Below, in pieces: positions 42,977 through 52,219 of a DNA stretch of 64,000 nucleotides (its first letter is position 1; every line of letters starts with the position of its first letter). A program made the position numbers and the translations under genes. The stretch spans positions 1-64,000 of IMG/VR virus record IMGVR_UViG_3300028844_004552; one strand, written 5' to 3'. Origin of the DNA: a virus. The notes under the pieces were generated by a model. That model was given only the letters and a program-made list of their open reading frames with translations. It did no database searches and had not been told where the DNA came from.

Positions 42977-43753
42977 ATGAGTAAAAATTTTGTAAGTAAC
43001 TATGGAGAAGATTGCATAGGAAAGTATTTTAATGACGTAAGAAATTCATCAGAGCTATTAACCGCAGAACAAGAGGTAGCAATAGCGAATAGAATTAAAG
43101 CTGGTGACAGCAAAGCGATTGACGAATTAGTTAAAGCTAACCTTAAATTCGTAATATCAATAGCTAAAGAATATCAAAATCAAGGATTGGGTTTAAATGA
43201 CCTAATCAACGAAGGTAACTACGGTTTAATCAAAGCCGCTGTCAGATTTGACGCAACTAGAGGTTTTAGATTTATATCATATGCCGTATGGTGGATTAAA
43301 CAATCAATTATTCAAAGTCTTAATGACAATGCTAGAATGATTAGACTTCCAGAGAGAGAAGCGTATATTGGAGAAGTTTTAAATAGTGACGACGAAGAGG
43401 AAGACCTTGAAGTAATATCTACACCAACTGTTAATTCGTTGAACGCAAAAATCAACGAAGAAGGTAGTGAATTGTATGAAATGATTGAAGACACATCAAA
43501 TGAGGAATCGGATTATTACATAGATGCTAAAGTAAAAGAGGAATTAGATAGAATCCTTAGTATATTAAACGAAAGGGAACGAAATATAATTCAATGTTAC
43601 TTCGGTGTGAATACTGAAACTGAATCAATGACACTTGAGGATATTGGTGATAAATACAGTTTAACCAAAGAAAGAATCAGACAAATCAAGGAGAAAACAA
43701 TCAGAAAGATTAGGCATCACTCTAGCTTCTTATTTGAGTTATTAAAGGACTAA
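42977..43753 (+). CDS. sigma70-family RNA polymerase sigma factor (RpoD/RpoS-like)
   Basis: LVKANLKFVISIAKEY, DLINEGNYGLIKA, GFRFISYAVWWIKQ and region 4 TLEDIG..LTKERIRQI. Confidence 0.92.
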   Translation: MSKNFVSNYGEDCIGKYFNDVRNSSELLTAEQEVAIANRIKAGDSKAIDELVKANLKFVISIAKEYQNQGLGLNDLINEGNYGLIKAAVRFDATRGFRFISYAVWWIKQSIIQSLNDNARMIRLPEREAYIGEVLNSDDEEEDLEVISTPTVNSLNAKINEEGSELYEMIEDTSNEESDYYIDAKVKEELDRILSILNERERNIIQCYFGVNTETESMTLEDIGDKYSLTKERIRQIKEKTIRKIRHHSSFLFELLKD

Positions 43754-43754
43754 T

Positions 43755-43777
43755 AAAGGGGGTGTAAACCCCTTTTT
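43755..43777 (+). terminator. intrinsic terminator
   Basis: AAAGGGGGT-GTAA-ACCCCTTTTT. Confidence 0.75.
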
Positions 43778-43801
43778 ATACAATATCAGATATTTATTGT
43801 T

Positions 43802-45091
43802 ATGAAAAAAATATTATTGTACTTAGTATTGTTAATGGCATTATCACTAGCTGGTATTGTGGCGTATGTATCGGTTAATGGTCTATTGAAGATTTTTACT
43901 GGTGCTGGGACTGTAGGTCTTATGTTTTTCACAGCTGTTGAGGTTGCTAAGGTTGTTGCAACATCTGTAATCCATACTTATGGTAAAAGGATAGGTTGGT
44001 TCTATAATATATTATTATCATTGAGTATTCTTATCGCCATGGCAATAACATCTATGGGTATTTACGGGTATTTATCATCTTCATACAAGGATAGCTTTGC
44101 TAAGATGGAAAATGTTGATAGTCAAGTAGAATTATTGGAAAGTAAACGAGATGGTTACCAAGACCAATTAGTATTTATTGTGGATGAGAAAGAGACACTT
44201 AATAACACCATTGGTGAGTTAAGTAAAGGTCTTGCAAATAATGTAATCCAATATAGAGACCCAACAACGGGGGAAATCATAACCACAACGTCATCATCAA
44301 CAAGAAGGGCTTTAGAAAAACAATTAGACAATGCAATTATCAGACAATCAAGCGTAAATGCAAAGGCTGATAGTCTTAGCACAATTATATTTGACCTTGA
44401 AAATGAAATACTTGAAACTAAACTAAGTAATGATTCAGCTAGTGAGTTAAGTACATTACAATATTTATCCGACATTACTGGTAAATCTATGGATGAGGTT
44501 ATGAAGTGGTTTATTCTACTTCTAATTATCATAGGTGACCCAATGGCAGTACTATTAGTTATTGTATTCAATAAAGTGGTTAAGAAAGATGAAAATGATG
44601 CTCCAAGTGATGCGGCAAGTGATGCTCCAAAACCAAGAATCCCATCTGAGGATTTATTCGATGTGATGCCATCAACAACACCAATGGAAGAAAATCCAGA
44701 CTCGATGTTTAAATTAGAACCCATTTATGATGCGGTAAATGATGCGCCAAGCGAAGAACCAAGTGAAATTCCAGAAGAGGTTGAGGAAGAAGCGAATAAA
44801 TTAGCTGAAAAACTTAACAGACCTGTTGTTATTAGAGAGGTAACACCAGAAAATATTGATGAGGAACAAATTGAAGAAGTTATTGAAGAGCCAATCGAAG
44901 AGGTTAAGAGGGAACCAATAATCCCAAGAGGAAAGATTATTGAAGAAGACCTTAAGAAGGATAGAGGGTTTTCTGTTGATGTTCCAGAACCACACATAAC
45001 TAGAATTGGTTCGAATAAAGAAGTTTCTGACAGTGAACCTTCGAAGGTTTGGTTTAAGAGAAAAAGGGGTGACGAATTAACAAATGAGTAA
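43802..45091 (+). CDS. multi-pass membrane protein with a coiled coil and an acidic tail
   Basis: Three N-terminal hydrophobic helices, a coiled coil and a fourth TM (WFILLLIIIGDPMAV). Confidence 0.7.
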   Translation: MKKILLYLVLLMALSLAGIVAYVSVNGLLKIFTGAGTVGLMFFTAVEVAKVVATSVIHTYGKRIGWFYNILLSLSILIAMAITSMGIYGYLSSSYKDSFAKMENVDSQVELLESKRDGYQDQLVFIVDEKETLNNTIGELSKGLANNVIQYRDPTTGEIITTTSSSTRRALEKQLDNAIIRQSSVNAKADSLSTIIFDLENEILETKLSNDSASELSTLQYLSDITGKSMDEVMKWFILLLIIIGDPMAVLLVIVFNKVVKKDENDAPSDAASDAPKPRIPSEDLFDVMPSTTPMEENPDSMFKLEPIYDAVNDAPSEEPSEIPEEVEEEANKLAEKLNRPVVIREVTPENIDEEQIEEVIEEPIEEVKREPIIPRGKIIEEDLKKDRGFSVDVPEPHITRIGSNKEVSDSEPSKVWFKRKRGDELTNE

Positions 45092-45704
45092 ATTAAAAAT
45101 CAATAACAAATCTTATAAGCTAGGGACCAAAAACTATATCCCTAGACACACTAGTAAACAACAGATTGTTATTGCTAACACCTTTTCTGAAAACATGAAT
45201 CATTTTGGTGGTTGGAAAACTAGACATGGTGGGAACTTTAATAGAACTGCTGCATTTACCATCGATATATATGGAAATATCTACCAACACTTCCCTCCAA
45301 AATACCATTCAAATTTCTTAGGTATCAAAGGTGTTGACGAACACATAATAACAATTCTTATCGAAAATGAAGGATGGTTAAAAAAAGATATTCTAGGTAA
45401 TGGGTACATTAACTATGTTGGTAATATTTATAATAGACAAGATGCTATTATTGAAAAGCGTTGGCGAGACCAAGAATATTGGGCTCCATACACTAAAGAC
45501 CAAGTAGAATCTGCCTTAAAACTTTCAGAGTACTTATGTGCTACATTTGGTATACCATTCCAAACAGTAGGTCATAACACGAGAGTTGATGGGATTTATG
45601 ATTTTAATGGTGTTGTATATAAGAGTAACTTTGAAAGACATTACACAGACCTTAGCCCAGCTTGGGATTGTGGTGATTTTAAAAATAAATTAGAATTAAA
45701 ATAG
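45084..45704 (+). CDS. Amidase_2-like protein, possibly catalytically degenerate
   Basis: AFTIDIYGNIYQ, ILIENEG, YTKDQVES..L; QIVIANT where IHHT is expected. Confidence 0.65.
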   Translation: MSKLKINNKSYKLGTKNYIPRHTSKQQIVIANTFSENMNHFGGWKTRHGGNFNRTAAFTIDIYGNIYQHFPPKYHSNFLGIKGVDEHIITILIENEGWLKKDILGNGYINYVGNIYNRQDAIIEKRWRDQEYWAPYTKDQVESALKLSEYLCATFGIPFQTVGHNTRVDGIYDFNGVVYKSNFERHYTDLSPAWDCGDFKNKLELK

Positions 45705-45708
45705 GAAT

Positions 45709-46245
45709 ATGGAGAATACAGACGAACACGATGTAACAAGAAACATGCTTAACACGCTTAGAGGTGGTACTAACACAACACCATCATTAAACGAGAACAC
45801 TCAAACAAATCAACCAAGTAAAAAGGTGGAAGTAATTGATGAGCATGATATGACAAAGAAGATGCTTGACAATATCAGAACTAGCGCATTAAGTGAGAGA
45901 CATGATAGAATTGGTCAAGTACTGACTGAGGGTACCAATGACGTTATCAAAGTTGAAGATGAGGAACTAGGTGAAGAGGCTACTAAATTTAATGATATGG
46001 TTGGTGGTGTTGACTTCAAACAATACGAAGTTTATCCACAAGATAGAAATGTTATAATGGTAGGTGTATTAGATAATGGTATTGAGTTTAAGTTCTCTAA
46101 GAAAGAACAAGCACCATATATCAATGCTAATAATCTTAGATTAGATTCTGACACTCTTGAGGTTATCAAGAAATTACAAGGTTACTATACTAACTGGTCT
46201 GCTGAGTGGGCTACAAAAATTACTGATTATACTCAAAGCGTTTAA
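45709..46245 (+). CDS. hypothetical protein with an internal duplication
   Basis: DEHDVTRNMLNTLR and DEHDMTKKMLDNIR; LNE, LSE and LTE sites. Confidence 0.65.
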   Translation: MENTDEHDVTRNMLNTLRGGTNTTPSLNENTQTNQPSKKVEVIDEHDMTKKMLDNIRTSALSERHDRIGQVLTEGTNDVIKVEDEELGEEATKFNDMVGGVDFKQYEVYPQDRNVIMVGVLDNGIEFKFSKKEQAPYINANNLRLDSDTLEVIKKLQGYYTNWSAEWATKITDYTQSV

Positions 46246-46247
46246 AT

Positions 46248-46616
46248 ATGTTTAGAAATATAAAACTAGACATAAAATCGATTTTTATAATTATCTTAGG
46301 TGGGTTATTGATATTGAGTTTCATCTTTAGACCTAAGAAGGCTATTGATACATATGAAAATGAGATTAACATGTTACATGAGGAAAATAGGTTATTATTC
46401 AATGAGAATGATAGCCTTAGTTTGGCAAATAAAGTATTAGATGGTGAGGTTGATAGAATCATGATTGTGATTGCTGAAACCGAAATCAAAATGGATGCAA
46501 CTAACGAAAGAATTAAAGTTTTAGAAGATGAAAAAAATAAAGTATCTACTCATGTTGATGGTCTTGACGCTGATGGGATTTCAGAGTCACTCACAGAATA
46601 CCTCAACAGACGATAG
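46248..46616 (+). CDS. putative inner-membrane spanin-like protein
   Basis: N-terminal TM plus coiled coil; overlaps the next gene by 89 nt. Confidence 0.5.
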   Translation: MFRNIKLDIKSIFIIILGGLLILSFIFRPKKAIDTYENEINMLHEENRLLFNENDSLSLANKVLDGEVDRIMIVIAETEIKMDATNERIKVLEDEKNKVSTHVDGLDADGISESLTEYLNRR

Positions 46617-47001
46617 AGTAAAGGTAACAATAGCACCCAACGGTGATACACTTGTTACAATGCCATATGAGGACGCTAGAATCCTTTTAAATGATGTTTT
46701 GGAGTATGAGTATACTGACAGTCTATTAACTGTTTATATGGAACGTGACAGCCTTAATACGCAAACTATAACACTACAAAAGATTATATTATCTAAATTA
46801 AGTAGGACAAATGACAATTTAGAGACTATGCTTAGTAATCTAGAACAAGTAATTGAGAACAAGGATACTGAGATGTTATTAAAGGATGATATCATCAAAC
46901 AACAAAAGAAGGAAATTAGGAAACAGAAGGTTCTAAAGGTAATCGGCTTTACAAGTGCGGTGGTACTACCAATCATAACATTATTTATAGTAGCAAAGTA
47001 A
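46528..47001 (+). CDS. putative spanin partner: signal peptide, coiled coil, C-terminal TM
   Basis: MKKIKYLLMLMVLTLMGFQSHS signal and a C-terminal hydrophobic helix. Confidence 0.5.
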   Translation: MKKIKYLLMLMVLTLMGFQSHSQNTSTDDRVKVTIAPNGDTLVTMPYEDARILLNDVLEYEYTDSLLTVYMERDSLNTQTITLQKIILSKLSRTNDNLETMLSNLEQVIENKDTEMLLKDDIIKQQKKEIRKQKVLKVIGFTSAVVLPIITLFIVAK

Positions 47002-47054
47002 TAAAAAACACAAATTAATCTATTTATAGTCATAACAAGTTTTAAAACAATATT

Positions 47055-47537
47055 ATGGCTGATTTAATTAGAGAAGTTAGAATACCCTACGAACCGAAAA
47101 TGGGAAATAGGTGGGTGGTTGAATTACTACCAAAAAATAACAATGAGGAAGTGAACATGTTACTTGTTCGACCATCAAAAGACGCAGATAGAATAGATGA
47201 GTGGATTATTCACTCAACTGAAAGACCAACATTCAAAAGGACAAAATTTTGGAAATTCTGGAAACGATATGAAGTTGATGAGTTACACATGACAATGATG
47301 GACCCAATTGGACCATCAACAGCACAGAAACTCTATAAAATATTAGAATCTGGCAAAAGGATTGATTATGATTTATGTATATTAGACCCAACTGGGGTAA
47401 CCATTGAAAAGTGGGAAATTAGGGGTTGTAAGATTTTAACACTTAATTTTGATAGGTTAGATTATGAAGAGAAACCAACTAAACTTTTGAAGTGCTTATT
47501 AAGGCTTCAACCTAAGACAGCTAAGTTGTTATTCTAA
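47055..47537 (+). CDS. divergent tail tube protein (gp19-like) paralog
   Basis: MADL..PYEPK..NRW, DPIGPSTAQ, LDPTGVTIEKW and FDRLDY resemble tail tube proteins of this phage group. Confidence 0.65.
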   Translation: MADLIREVRIPYEPKMGNRWVVELLPKNNNEEVNMLLVRPSKDADRIDEWIIHSTERPTFKRTKFWKFWKRYEVDELHMTMMDPIGPSTAQKLYKILESGKRIDYDLCILDPTGVTIEKWEIRGCKILTLNFDRLDYEEKPTKLLKCLLRLQPKTAKLLF

Positions 47538-47561
47538 AAGGAGCCCATAGGGGCTTTTTTT
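47536..47561 (+). terminator. intrinsic terminator
   Basis: GGAGCCC-ATAG-GGGCTTT followed by a T-run. Confidence 0.75.
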
Positions 47562-47594
47562 AGTTGTGAGAACATATTTATATAAAAACTAAAG

Positions 47595-47945
47595 ATGAGA
47601 CTAGCTATTTGTTCGGAATGTGATAAATTAGGACCAATAACCCCAGCGTTAAATGAGGGTGGTCTTTGTTCTAGTTGTTGGTCAAAAGACCACGACAAGA
47701 AATCGATTGATAATATAAACGAAGAGCTAACTAAGTCTGATGTTAAAAAACAAATCGGTAATTATATGGATTCAGCTGAATTCAGAGGTAAGGTTGAACG
47801 AATTGTAAGAGATAGAATTAAGAACGAAAAGGAACTAGAGAAAAAGGTTGTTGATATTACCAAGAATGTAATAACTCAATTATATAAAACGCTATGGACT
47901 AGAAGAGGTATGTGGCAATCTCAGTTAAAAAATCAAAAGACCTAA
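47595..47945 (+). CDS. hypothetical protein with a CxxC..CxxC Zn finger
   Basis: CSEC and CSSC; TATTTATA at 47575. Confidence 0.65.
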   Translation: MRLAICSECDKLGPITPALNEGGLCSSCWSKDHDKKSIDNINEELTKSDVKKQIGNYMDSAEFRGKVERIVRDRIKNEKELEKKVVDITKNVITQLYKTLWTRRGMWQSQLKNQKT

Positions 47946-49825
47946 TGAAAAAGATTAAGATTACAGAAGACCAAAAGGGTATGTTAGACAAGGTTGGTGC
48001 TAAATTACAAGAAAGTATACCACCTAGTCAATCACCAGCTTTAAAAGTAAGTAAAGCATTTAAAGCTGAGACTAAAGGTCTTGAGGGGATTAAGACTGAA
48101 AACGAACATCCACCAATGGGTGCTGTTATAGTAGGTGTTGAATGGTCTGAATTAGCACCACATGTTCTAGAATTTATTAAAAAATTATATACAAATCCTT
48201 CTAAGGAAGGTCTTGACCCATTTTGGAATCAAGTTGGTCTTACATGGGACGAGATGGTTCAAATGCTTACAAAGTTAGACCTTATCAAAAGTGTTGATGG
48301 TGGTTATAGACTTACAAAGTTTGTTGATGAACCAATCAAGAACGTTAAAATTGTTGGTAAGTTATTAGAAAAGATGATAAACGACAAGCACCAACCTAAA
48401 GAGGAAGAACCAGAAGTTGCTGAGACAACTCAAGCGGATATTGCTAAGTCACTTAAACAACAAGTATCAGAACCAAAGAAAACTGGTAAGACTCGTGAAG
48501 AGTTATTGGCTGTTATCGCACAAAAGAAAAAAGAAGAATTAGAAAGAAGAGAAGCCGAAGCTGCAAAGCCTATCGGTGAGGCTGATTGGTTCGATGGACA
48601 TCCAGACCACCCAGCAAATCAAGTAGATAATACTGAAAGAGGTATTAGACCAGAATCATCACCATATAATCTTGTATGGTTTAGTGATGATGTTGCTATA
48701 TTTACCAAGGATGGACAATACTTCGCATTCAACGTCACTTCAACGGATAATGATGAATACGCAGAATATGCTGACAGAGAAGCTATGGACATGGGACAAG
48801 ATGAAGATGGATTTGCCAATGTTGAATATGGTGATTGGTCATTAAATGGTGATATTGTCAATGCATATGTTAATAACAATATAGACCACTTAAGTTTCGG
48901 TAAGGGATTAGGTGATTATGAGAATGGTATTGACATGTCACTTATCACTCAAGACTTAGCAACAGACTTAATATCATTTGCCAACTATATTGGTGGTGAA
49001 GAAGGTGCAAAATTAAATAAGATACTTACATCAATCAATCTTGAAGAAGTTACAGCTGCTGCTGGTTCATCGGGTGCGTTTGTTGGTAAGATGGGTGGTT
49101 CACCAGCACCAATACATAAGGGTAATGTAAGTTCTGAAATGAATATGATTACTGATGGTGAAATGGAAGACCAAACTACAAAAGAAGATATATTAAATAC
49201 ACTTAAACAATTAACTGTTGATGGTAATATAGATGTTGCTGAATGGTTCTCATTTGAGGGTGAGTTAAAACGTGTTGTTGACCTTATTCAATCTTTAAAC
49301 AACGAAGAATGGAATCCAGTAATAATGTTTATAGTAAAGAGTCTTCAAGTTGCTGAGAGTATTATGGCTGGTAATCACGATGAGATGACTAAATTCAAAC
49401 AATACCTTAGAAGTCTTGCACAATTTATTAATCACTTTGATTCTTTACCGTTAGGTGAAGCAACAACAGTTACATCTGCTGGTGGTGATTCTGGAACCTT
49501 CGCATTCGATGTCCCAATGGGAGATGGTGGTGAGTTTTGGACTGCTGGTAATAAGATGGCTAAGAAAGGTATAAAGGAAGATGCTAAGACAGACACTCAA
49601 TATCCTAAGGGAGAATTTGTGGAGTTTGATGACTGTGTTAAACTAAACAATAATAAGGTTGCACAAAACGGGGGTTGTTCTGTTGGTGCTGTTGACAATG
49701 TCGTAAAAACTAAGACTAGTAAGAACTCAGTAATTTCAGATAATGCACTGTATTTAGAGATATCTATGGCAACTGGTCGAACTATTGATGAGGTTAAGGG
49801 ACTTATAGAAAATAAAATTAAGTAA
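47945..49825 (+). CDS. large acidic protein, putative internal head protein
   Basis: Likely start MKKIKITEDQ at a TAATG overlap; many [ILM]-x-E sites. Confidence 0.6.
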   Translation: MKKIKITEDQKGMLDKVGAKLQESIPPSQSPALKVSKAFKAETKGLEGIKTENEHPPMGAVIVGVEWSELAPHVLEFIKKLYTNPSKEGLDPFWNQVGLTWDEMVQMLTKLDLIKSVDGGYRLTKFVDEPIKNVKIVGKLLEKMINDKHQPKEEEPEVAETTQADIAKSLKQQVSEPKKTGKTREELLAVIAQKKKEELERREAEAAKPIGEADWFDGHPDHPANQVDNTERGIRPESSPYNLVWFSDDVAIFTKDGQYFAFNVTSTDNDEYAEYADREAMDMGQDEDGFANVEYGDWSLNGDIVNAYVNNNIDHLSFGKGLGDYENGIDMSLITQDLATDLISFANYIGGEEGAKLNKILTSINLEEVTAAAGSSGAFVGKMGGSPAPIHKGNVSSEMNMITDGEMEDQTTKEDILNTLKQLTVDGNIDVAEWFSFEGELKRVVDLIQSLNNEEWNPVIMFIVKSLQVAESIMAGNHDEMTKFKQYLRSLAQFINHFDSLPLGEATTVTSAGGDSGTFAFDVPMGDGGEFWTAGNKMAKKGIKEDAKTDTQYPKGEFVEFDDCVKLNNNKVAQNGGCSVGAVDNVVKTKTSKNSVISDNALYLEISMATGRTIDEVKGLIENKIK

Positions 49826-49878
49826 ACAATATAAACTTTACTAAAAATAAAGATATTTATTATTAAACGTATAGTAAT

Positions 49879-51639
49879 ATGGACAGAAATAAAATTAAAA
49901 CACACTTGAACTCACTTGTAGAGGCTAGTAAGAAACCAGTTGGTCTTACGTCAACTGAAAAGGTTCAAACAAAGGAGAAGAGTGTAAACAATGATTACTA
50001 TAAAGAAGTATCCAAAAAAATGGGTGAATATGATAAAGCATCTACGGGTGATAATGATTCAATCAAAGAGAAGGACTTAGAAAAGGTAGATTCAGAAGAA
50101 ATGGATGTTAATCCTAATGGGATGGACCAAATTCAATATGATAATGACCCTAGTAAGAAATTCAAAGAAAGAGCAATCGAAGCTCTTGAGGGTAGTTCTA
50201 AAATGGGTAATGAAACTCACGAAGGTGAATGGGACCCAGCTACAGGTGCTGGTAACGGAAACACTGAGGAAGTTTGGGGTGCCTCTGGTAACCACAAAGA
50301 TAATCTTGGTAAAAGAATAGTAAAGAATGCTAAAGCAGTGTCTAAGAAGGACGCTAGACCACAAGAAGATGCTGTAGGGTATGTTCCTAAAGGTAAGGTT
50401 AAAACTAAGTTAGCAACTGAAAATAAAAATTCAAATAAAGAATCAATAAATAAAAAAATAAAAATGAAACGATTAAACTTTAAGAAGCCGTTCAACGGTG
50501 TAGGGAAAGCACTTACATTAATTCCAGAAACATACAAAGTGGATAATAAGGTGTTTGAAATGACTGACGGTAACGAGAGTTATAAAGTTAGATGGGAAGG
50601 TTCCCTAACAGAAGGTAGTGCTGTTGTATTAATGGCATCTGATAAGAACATGATGAACGAAGACATCCAACAAATGAAACACCTTATGGGTTTCAAAGCT
50701 GAGGATACTTTAGGTACACCATCATCTAAGGATAGAATGAATGAAGATTCATCTTTCAGAGATATGATGAACCTTACATCATCTTTACTTAATGAAGATG
50801 TTAAGTCTGATAAAGAAACAATCAACGAAGATGTTGCTGGTGCTGCTGGTGCTGGTTACGGATTCACAGGTGAGGGTAACTTAGGTGAAGGTAACTTAGA
50901 AGAATCGGAAGAAGTAACGGAAAGTGAAGAAGTAACTGAATCAGAAGATGTAAACGAATCAACGGGTGAGAATCCAGATATCGCTGCTGCTGGTGATGAT
51001 ACTAAGATTGGTAAAACTGCTGACGGTATCGTTAGAGGTGCTGGTCACGATAAACACATCATGGAAGAAGATGATACTGTAGCTGAATCAGAAGAAATTA
51101 CTGAAACAGAAGAAGTAACGGAAAGTGAAGAAGTAACTGAATCAGAAGAAGTTGTTGAATCAGAAGAAATTACTGAGACAGAAGATGTAAATGAATCATT
51201 TGATTTTGATTCACCAACAATCTATACTCTTTCTGAGGGTGAAGTTACTCAATCAATGCCAGCTGGTGATGATTTAGGTACTGATATTGGAAAGTCTGCT
51301 AAGGGTGACCCTAGAGGTGAAGGACATGATACACATATCATGGAAAAAGACGAAGTTGTTGAAGGTGAAGAAATCACTGAAACAGAAGAAGTTGTTGAAG
51401 GTGAAATCGATGAAGCTTTTGGTGATACATTTAGAAGTCACGAAAAGATTTTCATTAGAGATAACAAAGCCTTATTTGATGCAGCTAAAGGTGGTGATAA
51501 TAATGCTAGTAAGCAGTTATCTAACTTAGCTAACCAATATGCTAAGGAAAATGAAATCACTGGTGGTATGTTAACAAGCTTTAGAAATGAAATCTATAGA
51601 ATGGTTAAAGGTGGTACTTTCAAAGGAAGACAATCATAA
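49879..51639 (+). CDS. acidic repeat protein, putative internal head/scaffold protein
   Basis: ESEEVT repeats; duplicated AGDD..IGK..RG.GHD.HIME block. Confidence 0.6.
   Translation: MDRNKIKTHLNSLVEASKKPVGLTSTEKVQTKEKSVNNDYYKEVSKKMGEYDKASTGDNDSIKEKDLEKVDSEEMDVNPNGMDQIQYDNDPSKKFKERAIEALEGSSKMGNETHEGEWDPATGAGNGNTEEVWGASGNHKDNLGKRIVKNAKAVSKKDARPQEDAVGYVPKGKVKTKLATENKNSNKESINKKIKMKRLNFKKPFNGVGKALTLIPETYKVDNKVFEMTDGNESYKVRWEGSLTEGSAVVLMASDKNMMNEDIQQMKHLMGFKAEDTLGTPSSKDRMNEDSSFRDMMNLTSSLLNEDVKSDKETINEDVAGAAGAGYGFTGEGNLGEGNLEESEEVTESEEVTESEDVNESTGENPDIAAAGDDTKIGKTADGIVRGAGHDKHIMEEDDTVAESEEITETEEVTESEEVTESEEVVESEEITETEDVNESFDFDSPTIYTLSEGEVTQSMPAGDDLGTDIGKSAKGDPRGEGHDTHIMEKDEVVEGEEITETEEVVEGEIDEAFGDTFRSHEKIFIRDNKALFDAAKGGDNNASKQLSNLANQYAKENEITGGMLTSFRNEIYRMVKGGTFKGRQS
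50898..51415 (+). repeat. 18-nt coding repeats (ESEEVT/ETEEVV) in three clusters
   Basis: GAAGAAGTAACGGAAAGTGAAGAAGTAACTGAATCAGAAGA occurs near 50908 and near 51109. Confidence 0.8.
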
Positions 51640-51656
51640 TAAAATAATATAAATAA

Positions 51657-51686
51657 TAAAAGCTCCTAGAAATAGGGGCTTTTTTT
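51657..51686. terminator. bidirectional intrinsic terminator between convergent genes
   Basis: AAAAGCTCCT-AGAAAT-AGGGGCTTTTTTT. Confidence 0.75.
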
Positions 51687-52113
51687 ATGCTCTTAAAATT
51701 ACATAATCATTTTCAGTCAATGCTGTGGACCCCAAAGAAGAGATTTTATCTAAAACCATATCTTTATCAATATTATTAAGTGTAAATACATCAATAATAT
51801 CATCGAAGTCGTCCATACCATTAAATGTTGATTTGAATTCTGCAACTTTATTACTATTGATGATGTTAACCATCTCATTAGTGAAGTCCACTTTAGAATG
51901 ACAACTCATATTTCGCTCCAATAACAATCCAATAAAGGTATTTACTTGGTATGTATTCATAAACAAGAATAAGTTCTCGTAATTACCACAATCAGTTTCT
52001 TTAACTAATATACAATCAAAGATATCAAATCCATGTACATCATTAAAAGCTTCGTTAATTTCGAATACCCATCCTTTACCGTCAACCTTGTCAATTTTGA
52101 TAATTGTAACCAT
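51685..52113 (-). CDS. hypothetical protein with a DUF6576-like C-terminal motif
   Basis: IDKDMVLDKISSLGSTALTENDYVIL. Confidence 0.6.
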   Translation of the reverse strand: MVTIIKIDKVDGKGWVFEINEAFNDVHGFDIFDCILVKETDCGNYENLFLFMNTYQVNTFIGLLLERNMSCHSKVDFTNEMVNIINSNKVAEFKSTFNGMDDFDDIIDVFTLNNIDKDMVLDKISSLGSTALTENDYVILRA

Positions 52114-52219
52114 ATCTCTTTATTTTCTATAAATATACGGATAATATATCAATAAACCTAATTTTTAGTAAAAAAAATGTATTTATAGTTAACTAAGTTA
52201 TAAAAAAACAACAATAAAT

